This document shows, piece after piece, positions 38,637 through 53,463 of a DNA stretch of 64,000 nt. How positions within the stretch are numbered: the first letter of the stretch is position 1; each line of letters opens with the position of its first letter. A program made the translations under genes and the position numbers. The notes below the pieces were generated by a model. That model ran no database searches. It had not been told where the DNA came from and saw only the letters and a list, made by a program, of their open reading frames with translations. Source of the DNA: Octopus sinensis (taxonomy: Eukaryota); NCBI RefSeq assembly GCF_006345805.1, contig NC_042999.1, forward strand, positions 34,596,001-34,660,000. The letters run 5' to 3'.

Positions 38637-39864
38637 TATGTTCATATACAGTCAACAGTTTAGACTGTTGGAAAGGAAAAGAATCCTAACATTGGGCTAC
38701 GACAAATAGCCTTAGATGCCAGGAACCATCCTACTGGGTTACTGCAAGTAACCTTAGATACCCCCCCCCGCTAAGTATCCTCTCTGTCCCGAATAACAAT
38801 GTTTTCTGCAGTGCCGGAGAGAATACTTTGTACAGTATATTTACTTTCGTGTCCTTTATAAAATCATAATTATCTACAAGTATGGTAGTTAAAATTCAAG
38901 GCACCATACATGATACTCCCGGATGTTTAACACGAGCTCTTACACATACATTTTTCACACAAGAGTATCACCTATATTTTGTGATGCAGGCGCTTCTTCC
39001 GATATGCTCCGATGATAGTTATACTTGTATTAATCGAATATGGTATGTGCATTAGATGTTATTTCATATTGATCCATATCGACCTTAATTTTCATAATTC
39101 TGTAATCAATCTTGTGTATTGTTGATTAATAATTGAAAACTGAGAAACTAGTGGCCCCTCTTAGGCGTTGGTATATGGTTATGCATAGTTTATGCGAAGC
39201 AAGAACTTATGTCTAGTAAATCTAGTAATAAGTTCTTTGATTGCAGAAAGCTTCTACGTGCCTGTCAATTATTATAAGGAACCTGGGCAGTAAATGGTTA
39301 CTTCAAAATATTTTCATTACCTTAACTCATTAACCTACAGAACCAAATTTCCTTCTTCAATATTTGGGTTTTCAAACAAAAATATTCTATAATCAATATT
39401 GGAAATGTGAATATGATGCTTCTGTTCAATTAAACTGTATACGTAATCGATAATCCTGATATATGCATGTGTCTTACACTGTAAGTATACATTAGGAATT
39501 GATTGAAACACTATATGCTGTTCAAAATCTTTGTAGGTGAGGGTGATCTCGTCAGGTCGTGTACAAAAGTGTTCGACGATAAGAATATGTTGGTATAAGC
39601 ATTACATAATAAAGAAATATTATATTTCTTCTGTGCATGTTAAATGAGAAAATATTGAACCTTGCAGTAAGAGAAAATAGTTGAATAGATGCGAAGTAAT
39701 ACAAATGCATCTGCACGTTCACACACAAATGCACTTATATACGACATGCAACTTCAAAAGTAACTCATACGTTTTACCGTTCACTACACAAAACTGTCAC
39801 TGTAACCAGGCCGATTGTTAAATAGTAGTTTGGACTAAAAGAAAGCCCGTTCAAATTGCGGTAC

Positions 39865-40250
39865 TGGTGGAAGCACTCCGTCGGTTACGATGAAGAGAGT
39901 TCCGGTTGATCCGAATCAACGGAACAGCCTGCTCGTGAAATTAACGTGTAAGTGGCTGAGCACTCCACAGACACGTGTACCCTTAACGTAGTTCTCGGGG
40001 ATATTCAGCGTGACACAGAGAGTGACAAGGCCGGCCCTTTGAAATACAGGTACAACAGAAACAGGAAGTAAGAGTGAGAGAAAGTTGTGGTGAAAGAGTA
40101 CAGCAGGGGTCACCACCATCCCCTGCCGGAGCCTCGTGGAGCTTTAGGTGTTTTCGCTCAATAAACACTCACAACGCCCGGTCTGGGAATCGAAACCGCG
40201 ATCCTATGACCGCAAGTCCGCTGCCCTAACCACTGGGCCATTGAGCCTCC
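39865..40250 (-). mobile_element. Full-length tRNA-derived SINE (family D) with 13-bp TSD
   Basis: Minus strand GGAGGCTCAATGGCCCAGTGGTTAGGGCAGCGGACTTGCGG...GGTTTCGATTCCCAG; TSD CAAATTGCGGTAC at 39852-39864 and 40251-40263. Confidence 0.92.
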
Positions 40251-41790
40251 CAAATTGCGGTACAACCAACAGAACTCTGGTCAGACCAGCACACATGACT
40301 ATCAAAATACATTGAGAAATGAAAGATAATTTCAGAAGTCGTTACCTAATGGAAAATAATAGCATACGAAAAATCCTACAATCAACGCATTAATTTTTTT
40401 TCAATTTATGTATAAGAGATACAACATTTGCACATCAATGAGATATGGTTTATGAATAACAATAGATTAAATAAATGAAGAAGCATATATTGTCTTTCCA
40501 CTCTGAAAGGAAGTAGATTTCACAATTAATCAATAGTATACAGCTTGTTTTATCTTTAGAAATATTAGATGACCTTCTAATACAACATGGTATACATCAA
40601 AAACATCATTTAATACGCCACATGAATTGAAGCTGCCAATGAAAAAAAAAGGATTTATAGTGTTTGAATTCCCGCAAAAACAAATTCCCCGTTTTTTTTC
40701 CAGTCACAACTGTTGCATAAATATATTGTACATATATTACTGAAAATCTTCCAATATTTTGCAAATAAAATCACGCCTATGCGTGAGTGTGAGTGTCTGT
40801 GTGTGAGTGTAAATGTGTGTGTGTGTGTGTGTGTGTATGTTTGCGTGTATAACTATGTATATAGACATACATATATACATGTATATACACGCATATATAA
40901 CGGTTTGGTGAATATTTAAATGCATAAATATATCGGCCACATATGAGGTCTACAGGTTCTCAGTACAGCAGACACTTGGTAGTGTTCAAAAGATTCCATC
41001 TTAGACTATTTGAACTTCTCTGCATTTCGATCTGAAATGTAAGGTCTTTTCTACCCTGATGACGGAAGCTCGTCTCACCCAATGTCAGTTGCCTCCACAA
41101 GGCCATATATTTTGATGAACTAAATCTACCAACATGATTGTGGATCGCCGCACCCCAAGAATTAGCTGTTGAAATTATAACACCTTTCTTCCAACCTCTT
41201 TATTTTCTCTGCCGTTTGGACTCTGTGTAAGTTGGACCTATTAATATAAATATCTATGTATTTATACGTAAACATTCATTATCTGAAAGTTTCTACATGT
41301 CACTCTCTCTCGTTTTGCATGTATACATATATACGTACGAGCGAAATGCCCCCCGTCCAATGGACGGTGCTGCGTTGTCAAACATTTAAACCAAATTTTC
41401 TCAAAGCAACTTGTCCGACCTTCCCATAGGCTTCTCCTTTGAGAAACACTGATTTAACCTAAATTTGAGACACCAGCAAAAGAAGAAATAAAGATAGACT
41501 TTTTCTATTCCAAAGAAAAACGATTTTATTCACACAGATATGCAACCGAAGAGTTTAAAGTACCAGTAAGTACATCGAAACAGCTGATGTACTTGCGCGC
41601 ACAAATGCACTTTCCCACGGCTTTATCGATCGCATTCTCACTTGTAATCGATTTTTGTAATGTTTCCAAGACTTATACACGCCCTGATACCGTCGATATC
41701 TATATATCAAATTTGAGCGCAATCGGATGGAGGATTCCCGAGATACTAGAAGACGCACACACAAAGACATAACGGATTTTATATAATATT

Positions 41791-42423
41791 CTAGCAGTAT
41801 TGCCCGGCGTTGCTCGGGTTTGTAAGGGAAATAACTATATAAGCATTTTTAGAGAGTTATAGCCAAAAAATAGCAAAGAATGCATTAAAAACGGAAAAAA
41901 TATGATGGTAAATTTTTTTTTAAATCGTTGACTCATCGTAAACATTTTTAGAGAGTTACTTCCCTTATATAATAGCGAAAAAATGCATTAAAATGGAAAA
42001 AAAACGATGGTAAATTTTTTTTTAATCGTAGACTCATGTAGACGCTTTCTTAGCCATTTCTGTTTTGGTGTCTTCAAGCCATGAAGTCGTTGTTCTAAAA
42101 GAACGCTGGTCTCCTTGACAACGCATTACGACGTTGATTTCCTTACACTCCCTTCCCCACAGGTGCAGGTGTGAGCGTGGACGCCAACTCCGCCGCCATC
42201 GACACACGAAAAATTATGCATTAAAATGGAATAAAAAATGATGTTAAATTATTTTTAAATCGTAGACTCATCGTAGACGCGCGCTAATACTCAGACGGGC
42301 TCGATATGAATCACGACTATAAGCTACCCGAATTTGGTTAAACTGCACCGCAAAATGTGGGAGTAGTTAGGAATCTAAATCGAAGGGGACAGACACTCAC
42401 AAACTACAGTTTATATATATAGA
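41791..42423 (-). mobile_element. Non-autonomous Helitron with an internal insertion
   Basis: Minus strand A|TCTATATATATAAA start; CCCGAGCAACGCCGGGC hairpin plus CTAG end; homologous to 4582-4978 plus an extra segment at 42046-42208. Confidence 0.82.
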
Positions 42424-42451
42424 TATACATAGCGCAGTAGTGGTGAGATGT

Positions 42452-42910
42452 GACAGCAAAGAAAAGCATACATTCACTCTCTGCATGCAATTAGACTCGG
42501 AAAGTTCGCGAGGAACCCATTGACCCAATTTGCTGACTTTTCCGATAGCACACAGGTCTCAATGAATGGTGAATGACCAAATCCAAGCTTCTCTGCTAGT
42601 TCCTCAACAGTTACGATGAGATTTTGTTCCACCAGGGTTTTCAGGATGTCCTTGTCGAGTTCTACAGATCTTTCAGGATGAGGCTCGTCTTCTAGGCTGT
42701 AGTTTATGGCTCGGAATTTCTGGAACCACCATTGACACTGCCTTACGCTATTGTCCAATCCCCATATACTGCATTAATATTTCTTGTACTTTCCGTTGCG
42801 TTGTTGTCTTTATTGAACTCATAAAGCAAAATATGCCAAATATGCTCGTTTGTTACTTCCAACATAGCTTTGAAAAAAATAGCTGTTAAAATCGAAATGC
42901 ACTCTTCAAA
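42452..42910 (-). mobile_element. Mariner transposase N-terminal (HTH) remnant
   Basis: HIWHILLYEFNKDNNATESTRNINAVYG..VRQCQWWFQKFR...SLEDEP..RSVELD.DILKTLVEQN...TVEELAEKLG, a mariner paired-like HTH pattern. Confidence 0.85.
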
Positions 42911-43150
42911 ACTTGCACTATGAATAAGGATTTTGTATGTGATGTAATTAATATATTTGATATATTTAACGTGTCTAATTTGATTATTCGCATAATTTCC
43001 TCTATACATATCTATATGAATATATATATTTATGTATAGAAGCAATTATGTGGATAAAGAAATTTGAGAAGGAAGCGTATACAAAACGATAAAGAAAAGA
43101 TAAAGAATTTAAAGGAATTATCGCCTAACAGTTTAAATTATAAGGGTGAA

Positions 43151-43342
43151 GATATATCTATTTCTTTACTACCCACAAGGGGCTAACCACAGAGGGGACA
43201 AACAAGGACATACAAATGTATTAAGTCGGTTATATCAACCCCAGTCCGTAACTGGTACTTAATTTATCGACCCCGAAAGGATGAAAGGCAAAGTCGACCT
43301 CGGCGGAATTTGAACTCAGAACGTAACTGCAGACGAAATACG
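43151..43342 (-). mobile_element. SINE family C fragment
   Basis: TTTATCGACCCCGAAAGGATGAAAGGCAAAGTCGACCTCGGCGGAATTTGAACTCAGAACG; related pieces at 23190-23290 and 27285-27410. Confidence 0.75.
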
Positions 43343-43760
43343 GAATTTTCGAGTTCTTCAAAACACGTCTAAATAGATTTTACAGAATTTGTAAATTCCG
43401 CCAATACCTGATCAACTTGTTGATATTTTAGTAACGGTCTCAGGAATATAACTCTTACATTTTTTACTTTTTACATTTTACTTATTCGTTTCTGTTTTTC
43501 GTTTTCTGTTTATTTCTTTTTTATTTTCACGTTTTCTATATGCTTTTTTCTCAACTATTCACGTTTCTTCTTTTAAATTTTTTTTTGCTCGTTCTAATAT
43601 GTGGTTTCAGCATGATGGATATATTTGCGGAATTTCTCGACATTAAACTATTAGCAACACATAAAACGTGTATTATGCCTATTAAATATCTATCACTCAC
43701 CAGGTGGAGTAGACTTTTTTGTTGATCCTCACTATCAAGAACAGCACGTCATATATATAC

Positions 43761-43831
<71 letters not shown>

Positions 43832-43832
43832 A

Positions 43833-43865
<33 letters not shown>

Positions 43866-43945
43866 GATATATATATACACTATATATATATATATATACA
43901 CACATATATATATACACACAATATATATATATGTATATGTGTGTG

Positions 43946-43992
<47 letters not shown>

Positions 43993-44149
43993 CGCGAGAA
44001 AGAAGCAACAAGAATTCTTGTTGCTTCTTTCTCGCTTATAATCACCCCACATTACTGTATTGTTAAATCAGTATAGTTTTTTGTGGGCATATAAGTTAGG
44101 TACCATATTCAAGTAAATTTTTTAAATTAACTTGAATCTTATTGCTCTT

Positions 44150-44191
<42 letters not shown>

Positions 44192-44206
44192 ATATGTGTG
44201 TGTTTG

Positions 44207-44239
<33 letters not shown>

Positions 44240-44513
44240 GCAATATATAAGTAAGGGCAAAAGAAAAAAATTCCTAATGCCAAAATATGCCGAAAACAGA
44301 CACCACATCAACAACCATGTGATTCATCACTACAAGCACGTGTCTGTTTACAGCATATTTTGGCATTAGAAAATTTTTCTTTTGCTCTTACTTATAAATT
44401 GTTTATGAATTAAAACGTTAAAGTTATCTTTTAATATGCTGGCCATTGATATATTGGATGTTAGTATATATATATTGGATTGATATATTGGATGTTAGTA
44501 TATATATATATAT

Positions 44514-44840
44514 ATGGCTCAGTGGTTAGAGCGTCGAGCTTACGATCGTGAGGTTGTGAGCTCGAATCCCGGACCGGGCTGCGTGTTGTGTTCTTGAGCA
44601 AAGCACTTTATTTCACGTTGCCTCCAGTTCACCCAGCTGTAGAATGAGTTGCGACGTCACTGGTGCCAAGCTGTATCGACTTTGTCTTTCCCTTGGATAA
44701 CACTGGTGCCGTGGAGAGGGGAGGCTGGTATGCATGGGCGACTGCTGGTCTTCCATAAACAACCTTGCCCGGACTTGTGTCTAGGAGGGTAACTTTCTAG
44801 GTGCAATCCCATGGTCATTCATGACCGAAGGGGGTCTCCT
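44514..44840 (+). mobile_element. tRNA-derived SINE (family A), second copy
   Basis: Near-identical to 16455-16780; 5' few bases lost into (TA)n. Confidence 0.9.
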
Positions 44841-44842
44841 TC

Positions 44843-44889
<47 letters not shown>

Positions 44890-44917
44890 CATATATATAT
44901 ATAAAGAAAATATATAT

Positions 44918-44976
<59 letters not shown>

Positions 44977-45020
44977 TATATAGATATAGTGTGTGTGTGT
45001 GATGTGTGTATGTATATATA

Positions 45021-45900
45021 CAGGGTGCAAAATTGAAGTAGCACTGACGTATCATTTTAACAGATATATTCACCCAATTATATAAAAATATAAAGTTCGG
45101 TGGCCAGATGTTAGGGGTGATGTTGTCGCAGAAATCGTCTGACAGCCATGTGTGGCATGGTGACGATTCCTCTTGCTAGACATAGGGTCTTCCAAAAGCC
45201 ACTCTCTTGACCCAAGGAAGCACTACCGCTTCCAGTCACTTGGTGTAAACCTCCCTCACGGGGCCGAGACTGTGTGGGAAGATGAGTGGAGGCATAATGT
45301 CGCCATCACTAGTGATCACTCCAAACACCATTATGTCTCTACGTTTGACTTTTATTACTCTCGGTACATGCTTTAAAGACACGGCAAGCCAACGGATGTT
45401 TTGTGTGTTCACCATGTGATCCTGGCAGAAATTTCTCACGTCTGAGAAAAAAAAAACAAACATATTATGCCGGAAGGGAAGCTTGAGTTTGTTCACAAGT
45501 TTCGTAAGCGCTGTCCTTGATGACGTGGGATAAAAATTGGCCATTTCTCATCTTGTATGAGGAGTACCGAATGTCTTCATGCACTACTTGCCTGATAAGA
45601 AACTGATACACTCACATGCCCCTGGTGATGGAGCTGATTGAGTTGGGGGTATCGTTGTGAATCATGGTCTGGATCTCACCCAAAAATTTAGGCGTTCTTT
45701 TGTTATAAGGACGATCGAAGTAAAATTTCCGAGCTGCTATACCTTCGTAATCGCTATTATTTCCTCTGCACAGTCCTCTGATGGACACCAAAACACTCTG
45801 AAATATTTGAGCTTCTGGCGCGAATGCCAAGAGTTACAGTATGTTACTTTCCAATTTCTGTCGGCATAAATTGCGTCATATATATATATGACGTAAAAGT
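45021..45900 (-). mobile_element. Degenerate DD37D-like Tc1/mariner copy
   Basis: TA|CAGGGTGC end at 45021; minus-strand KLKLPFRHNMFVFFFSDVRNFCQD...RWLAVS...IMVFGVITSDGDIMPPLIFPH. Confidence 0.85.
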
Positions 45901-46097
45901 TGAAAAAGTCTCAATGACTGAAACCGGTACTGAAATGTTTCTATTAAAATTATTTTAGCATTTTCTATATTGACTTTTTTCCATATATATATATATATGT
46001 GTATATGTATATATATATATAGGGAGAATTCACAAAAGGAAAACAAAAGACAGGCAGCGTAGACATCAGACAGATGTATCAGCTCGGGAAGTGAAAG

Positions 46098-46137
46098 CCT
46101 TTAACGTTTCGAGCCCCTACGCTCTTCCACAGAAAGG
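46098..46137 (-). ncRNA. Minimal hammerhead variant (family 3, CUGUGGA core)
   Basis: CCTTT-CTGTGGA-A-GAGC-gtaggg-GCTC-GAAACGT-T-AAAGG: all three stems close. Confidence 0.65.
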
Positions 46138-46190
46138 AACACAGAAAGAAACAAGGAGAGAAAATAAAGAATGGGTAGTGGCTACACACA

Positions 46191-46225
<35 letters not shown>

Positions 46226-46738
46226 CACACACACACACGCGCGTACACATACAAACATATGTGTAGGAGTCTCTGTGTGCATGTATGTACGTATTTGTGT
46301 ATATTTAGAATACATTTATAAAAGTACATCGATATTTTTTCCATTACTTTCAATAAAATTTAGTCATTGCGGTTTGTCGATATGTTTTGGTAGTTATTTG
46401 ATTATCATTTAGATCGAAGGTTAGTCAAGATTAAATCTTTCACCGAAATTTCTCCAATCTTTTTGGGAGTACATAATTATATTGAAGAATATATACGCGA
46501 ATGCTATCAAAAAATAACTTTACATGTTCCACATACCTGGGCAGTCAATTTCATACGTTAAAAGTTTGTTGTTCGAAAGTATCTTGCAACAAGTACCATA
46601 TCGTATGTGAAAATATTCAGTGAATAAGGTCTTTCCTGGCTTTGCTGGTGAAACTTTATAAGGTAAGTATATACTTTGTAAGAAGAGCAATTTTACACAC
46701 AAAACACGCTCAAATACATACACGTACGCTCATATATA

Positions 46739-46790
<52 letters not shown>

Positions 46791-47206
46791 GCTATGAGAT
46801 GCGTGTCTGCCAGCGTTGTACCAAAATTGCTTTCAGCTAACCAAAAAGAGATTAGAGTTTCAGTTGTACAGATCTCCTTGAATATGTCGTTAACGATGAA
46901 AATTTTTTGAAAACTTTGTGTAGGCCTCAAGCAGATATCACCAAACGTTTAGCAAACTTTAATATATAGTACATATATTTGTAATTATTGACTAATTTTG
47001 GTATATTTCCACTGATGAATGCAAAGGATTTTATTACCAACCAGAAATTGTCGATCTAAGATTAAACATTTTGCTAATTTCTTTGTCCATGTATTTTTGC
47101 ATTTGTGCTACATGAATACATGATGTCGTTTCAGAGTCGGTTTTGACGTCTATTTCTGGTATAATGATACCTTTTCAGTACCCTTAATCATATCTATCTA
47201 TCTATC

Positions 47207-47874
<668 letters not shown>

Positions 47875-47968
47875 ATATATATATTATATATATATATATG
47901 GGTGTGTGTGTGATTGTGTATAGAAGAATATATTAATAAAAGGAATTCCAACCCTGTCTGATTTTCAC

Positions 47969-48042
<74 letters not shown>

Positions 48043-48329
48043 GTGTGTGTGATTGTGTATAGAAGAATATATTAATAAAAGGAATTCCAACCCTGTCTGA
48101 TTTTCACGTTTTATTTACAATCTTATAATGATATATTATAAGATAAATATTATAATAGTATAAAATAAAATAGTAGAATGTTAAATGTTCATTCTGATTG
48201 AACTAGTACTTTCATGCATTAAACTCTGTAATCTTCGGGTTCATGTAGTAGTGGTGACAGTCATGCTTCACAATTTTTGACTGTAGCAAGATGATTGATT
48301 CTGTGCTTTGGGTAAAAGAAAACACAAGA

Positions 48330-48520
48330 GGATCAGTTAATTACGATTTTATTCACCCTCTCAGATTCACAAAGTTTTTGCAGCGGTCCTCCAGTTTTGC
48401 TGAGCCCAGTAAAATAATTCGGAAGCTTGGGATTCCAGCCACCCTTTCGCGGTACCCGTAAAGCTACGAATTTTTCAGCAACCCCTCGTTTATCTATATG
48501 AACTACATCTGACAACGTTA
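48330..48520 (-). mobile_element. Mariner transposase C-terminal remnant
   Basis: Minus frame LLGSAKLEDRCKNFVNLRG*IKS* resembles the mariner C-terminus (G..KL..R..K.V...G.Y.E). Confidence 0.5.
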
Positions 48521-49689
48521 TAAGTCACATTCTCCGACAACACAATAAAAGGTCGAGAGTGTATACTGTATTATGTGTTATCCTGATATCTTTCTGGCTG
48601 AAAATAAGCATGGTCGCTTCTTATCAATGTTATAGAAACATTTCAAACATAAATAACATCGTGCGAAAACCCCGTCAAGATAAAGCTATTTGAAAAGACT
48701 TAACTCCCATACCTTATTTCTGAAAATTGCGCTTAATTATTTTATGCTAGACATGTTGGATATCGCCACACCTTCAATGCAATTCTTTGATCTTGGTGTA
48801 TTCGGACATACACTAAGGACTAGAATCTTTCTTTGGTATGCGAAGTGATTCACCCACCCTCATCAGCAATGAATTATAAAAATGTAGCCCGGATCTAAAC
48901 AACTAGTCGCTCAGATATCAACCATCGCCTGAGGAATTTACGTCATGATATGATACTGAGGTTACAGTGGTTTGCTCCGAATTTCAGCGCGAACAAGCAA
49001 ATGAATAAACGAAGTGCATAACAGTCATATTCGTTCTTCAAACACTGACATGGGTATATAAGCAAGTCGTGTAGACCCACTATTATAACAGATTTGCAAA
49101 ACACTTCCGAAACGAAACAATAGTTTCGTTAGGGAAGTTCAAAGAATACCTAGTTGTAGTAATCTCTCATGTTGGTATGAACATAATGAGAAAACTTTTG
49201 TTAAAACGATTACATCATCTCATTGATGATTAAGCTAATAACATATTTTGCTCATAGGTTATAATACATACAGTTGAGATATAACTCGCCATTCTAACAA
49301 GTTTTTAAGAATCATGTTTCTATTTAAAAACATAAATGTACTGCTCCAGCTTGGCTCTCATTGTGTTGGTTCAAACGAACTGAGGAATCAATTGACAAGC
49401 TATCTTTGAATATATATCAAATTTAGACAGTTATAATGAATAATAAATTTTTATTAAATATTTTTCTATTTTAGCTTTGGATTAACATAGCAATCAATAA
49501 CAACATTTAATTATTTCAGTACCTCAATTAATCATAGCGCTTAAAATATAAATTTACCAAGTGAAACTCTTTTCTTCAGAATTATAAATATATCTGAAAT
49601 GTCTGAGATAGAACAATTATAGTGGAAATGCAGTTTACTTTATTATTTTTTTTACTTTATGAGCTGGAATAAACTTTATACATATACAC

Positions 49690-50306
49690 ATAGTATCCGG
49701 AAAGTTGCTATAGCACGGAGCTGAACATGAGAGTACAGCTGCTTGGCACAAACTGATCTTGAACGCTGATCTAGCTCATGTCCGCTGTTTGATGCAATGC
49801 GTGGAAGGAAGGTGTGTAGCGAGTGATCGTCGCATTGAACATGACAGAGAAGGTTGAGTAGAGAATCTGCATCAAATTTTGTAAAACGTTTGGTGATATC
49901 TGCTCAGAAGCCGACACGAAGTTTTTAAAAAGGTTCCATCGTTCACGACATAATCAAAGAGATCTGTGCAAGTGAAACCCTAGTGTCGCTTTGGTCAGCA
50001 GACGGCAATTTTGATACAAGGTGGGCAGACACGGGTCTCATATTCAAATCTTCAGTGATAATGAACTGCAATGAATCGTAACAAATCTGCACATCCTCTG
50101 ATATCTCACGAATGGTGAATCGACGATCAGACGCTAAACACCTTTCTTGCAGGCACTGCTGTAAACAGCGGAAGTGAGCTAGTAAGCTAAAACCAAATTC
50201 ATATACACAGTAGAGGTCAAGATCAATCTGTGCCACGCAGCTTTACTCTGTGTGCTTTATGTTCTTTAATGTACCTACAGTCCGGATATTTAGTGCTCAG
50301 ACCTCG
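49690..50306. mobile_element. Mariner-derived non-autonomous element (two opposed left-end portions)
   Basis: Right end ...AGACCTCG|TA; both halves homologous to 54704-55260; ITEDLNMRPVSA..V.KL..ADQ on the minus strand. Confidence 0.75.
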
Positions 50307-50328
50307 TAATGTGTATATATATATATTA

Positions 50329-50370
<42 letters not shown>

Positions 50371-50391
50371 TATATATGATATATTATATAT

Positions 50392-50433
<42 letters not shown>

Positions 50434-50453
50434 GATGATAGATAGATAGATAG

Positions 50454-50497
<44 letters not shown>

Positions 50498-50508
50498 ATA
50501 GATAGATG

Positions 50509-50539
<31 letters not shown>

Positions 50540-50853
50540 AAGAAATAACATCTATTAAGCAATTCAATAATGAAAGATATATATAGAAAAAAATTAAATA
50601 TACTATAATAAATATTATTCAAAACGTCACTAGATTAAATAAACATTATGTTTATTTAATTCAGTGATTTTTAATAATATTTATTATAGTATATTTCATT
50701 TTTTTTTATATAATATAGATAATGTCTTTCACTATTCAATTGCTTAATAGAGGTTATTTCTCTTAATTATATACATTTATTATATATTCTGAAATTTGAT
50801 TTAGAATTGCTAAATTTATTTTTACCCAGTAAGTTTGGAATTATATTCCCTAC

Positions 50854-51596
<743 letters not shown>

Positions 51597-52329
51597 CATA
51601 TTATTATTATTATTATTACTATTATTATTATTATTATAATTATTATTATTATTAATAATAATAATAATATTACTATACATATATATATATATATATATGA
51701 TAACCAACAAAATATCTACATTGCCGCTCAAACTGCAGGAAATACAACTCAATATCTTTCAAATTGTGCACATTGGAAATTAATAAAGGGTACGTGAGAA
51801 AATTGAATTTTCGATGATCTTGAACAGAAAGGACGGCATGCGTAGAAATGAATGTCAGCTTACTGATGACTGACTAACCTAGGACAAAAGCAACAAGAGA
51901 GTTAGATTTCTCTTTCTATTCAATCGGTAATATATCTAATGCCATCATTTAATTGATCAATCATCGTTACTTTGGGAGAATAACTAGAACCAAATTTAAA
52001 TGCATTTTCTAATGATAAATATTTGTTCTGATTGCATGACTAATTCATTTGTCGGACAATCGATAATATTCTGACAGTTGTACCATATTCTTGGATATAG
52101 GTAATTTCAGGTTTATGACGCCAAATATATCAATAGTTAATTACTATGACAAATGAAGTTTAGTAGCATCACATTTCATTCATTTTAGGTGTTAGAATAA
52201 ACATTTACAAAATTGTATTCATTGATTCCTCCCCTCCCGTGTATACTATAAGTAACTATTAGAAAATTAATGTATGGTTCCCGGATCAAACGTTTCACTT
52301 TAGTGCTACATGTGTTCAAGTTAGATCTT

Positions 52330-53170
52330 ACTGTGCAGAAATTCGGACTTTGTTTCAACTCTTACTGGAGGTGAATTTGAACATCGGAAATTGTGCAAAT
52401 GGCTGTTGTATGGACTGTTCGAGTTTTCGCATGACAGAGTTTGTTATTAGACCTATTCACTCGGTACACGTTAACCTTTTCAGAGTTGGGTCTTTCTTTT
52501 CTTTGCCGTTGCTACCATCACTTACAAGACTTGCCAATTCTTCAGAGTCGTCAGACTTCTTCATCACCACTGTAGCATTTCCCTTGTCTGCTGGGAGTAT
52601 TATGATCGAATTGTCACTCTGTTGTCTTTTGATAGCGAGCCTTTCTTCTTTAGTGATGTTTGGTTTGGGAAGTTTCGCTTTTGCTGGTACCTGTCTCACT
52701 TTCCACCTTAGTTCATCTCCCTGAGCTTTTGGCATCTTTATGGTTATCACTCCAATAGAGGTTTATGTCCAAGTATAGAATACGCTTGGTGGTTGTCGCA
52801 AAGTTGAGACCTTTGTTTAGTACTGCTTCTTCAGAGCTTTCCAGATGTCGGCTACTTACATTAATTACTGCTTTCACAGATGGGTGACGGATTTCAGTCT
52901 TCATTCTGTGATCTTTGTCTTTCATAAATTACTTAATCAGGCGTGTCTTCACCATTTCAAATTCTTTCACGCACGACTTTTCTGGATCTTGTTGGATTCT
53001 CTTTCTATCATCTTCTCCGGTTATTTTCCTAAATAATGAAGATAACCCCTCTTTGATTTCGTTATTTAGTATATGTTTTTCCCAGCGGTTATAATGGGTA
53101 CTCTCACGAACGAGGACATGTCCTGCCCTTTCCGCCACACTTATAGCTTTATGTGAATCGACTGTTGTCA
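52330..53170 (-). mobile_element. Degenerate Penelope/Poseidon-like PLE, N-terminal pre-RT region
   Basis: VINVSSRHLESSEEAVLNKGLNFA and PNITKEERLAIKR...DNSIIILPADKGNATVVM...KDPT, hallmark PLE N-terminal motifs; stops and frameshifts present. Confidence 0.82.
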
Positions 53171-53417
53171 TTATATTCAAGCCATGTGGTCTTAGCTTTG
53201 AGTCTCTACATTTACATAAGAAAGTTAGATGGTTTGAAAGACGGGCTAGATTTTGATGGAGTTTCTCAATATGTCTCCATGCACATTACTACTACTACTA
53301 CTACTACTACTACTACAACTACTACTAATAATAATAATAATATTAACAGTAATAATAATAATAATCACATCCAAAAGTACCTTAGCAATGGGAACATAGG
53401 TTCGAAATTTCCCCCAA

Positions 53418-53463
53418 GACACCTGATGAATGCTGGAGGGTATATCAGCCGAAACGTTTTGTT
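53418..53463 (+). ncRNA. Minimal type I hammerhead (family 1), best-preserved copy
   Basis: GACAC-CTGATGA-A-TGCTGG-agggtata-TCAGCC-GAAACGT-T-TTGTT: full core, palindromic AACGTT stem III, one mismatch each in stems I and II. Confidence 0.7.
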
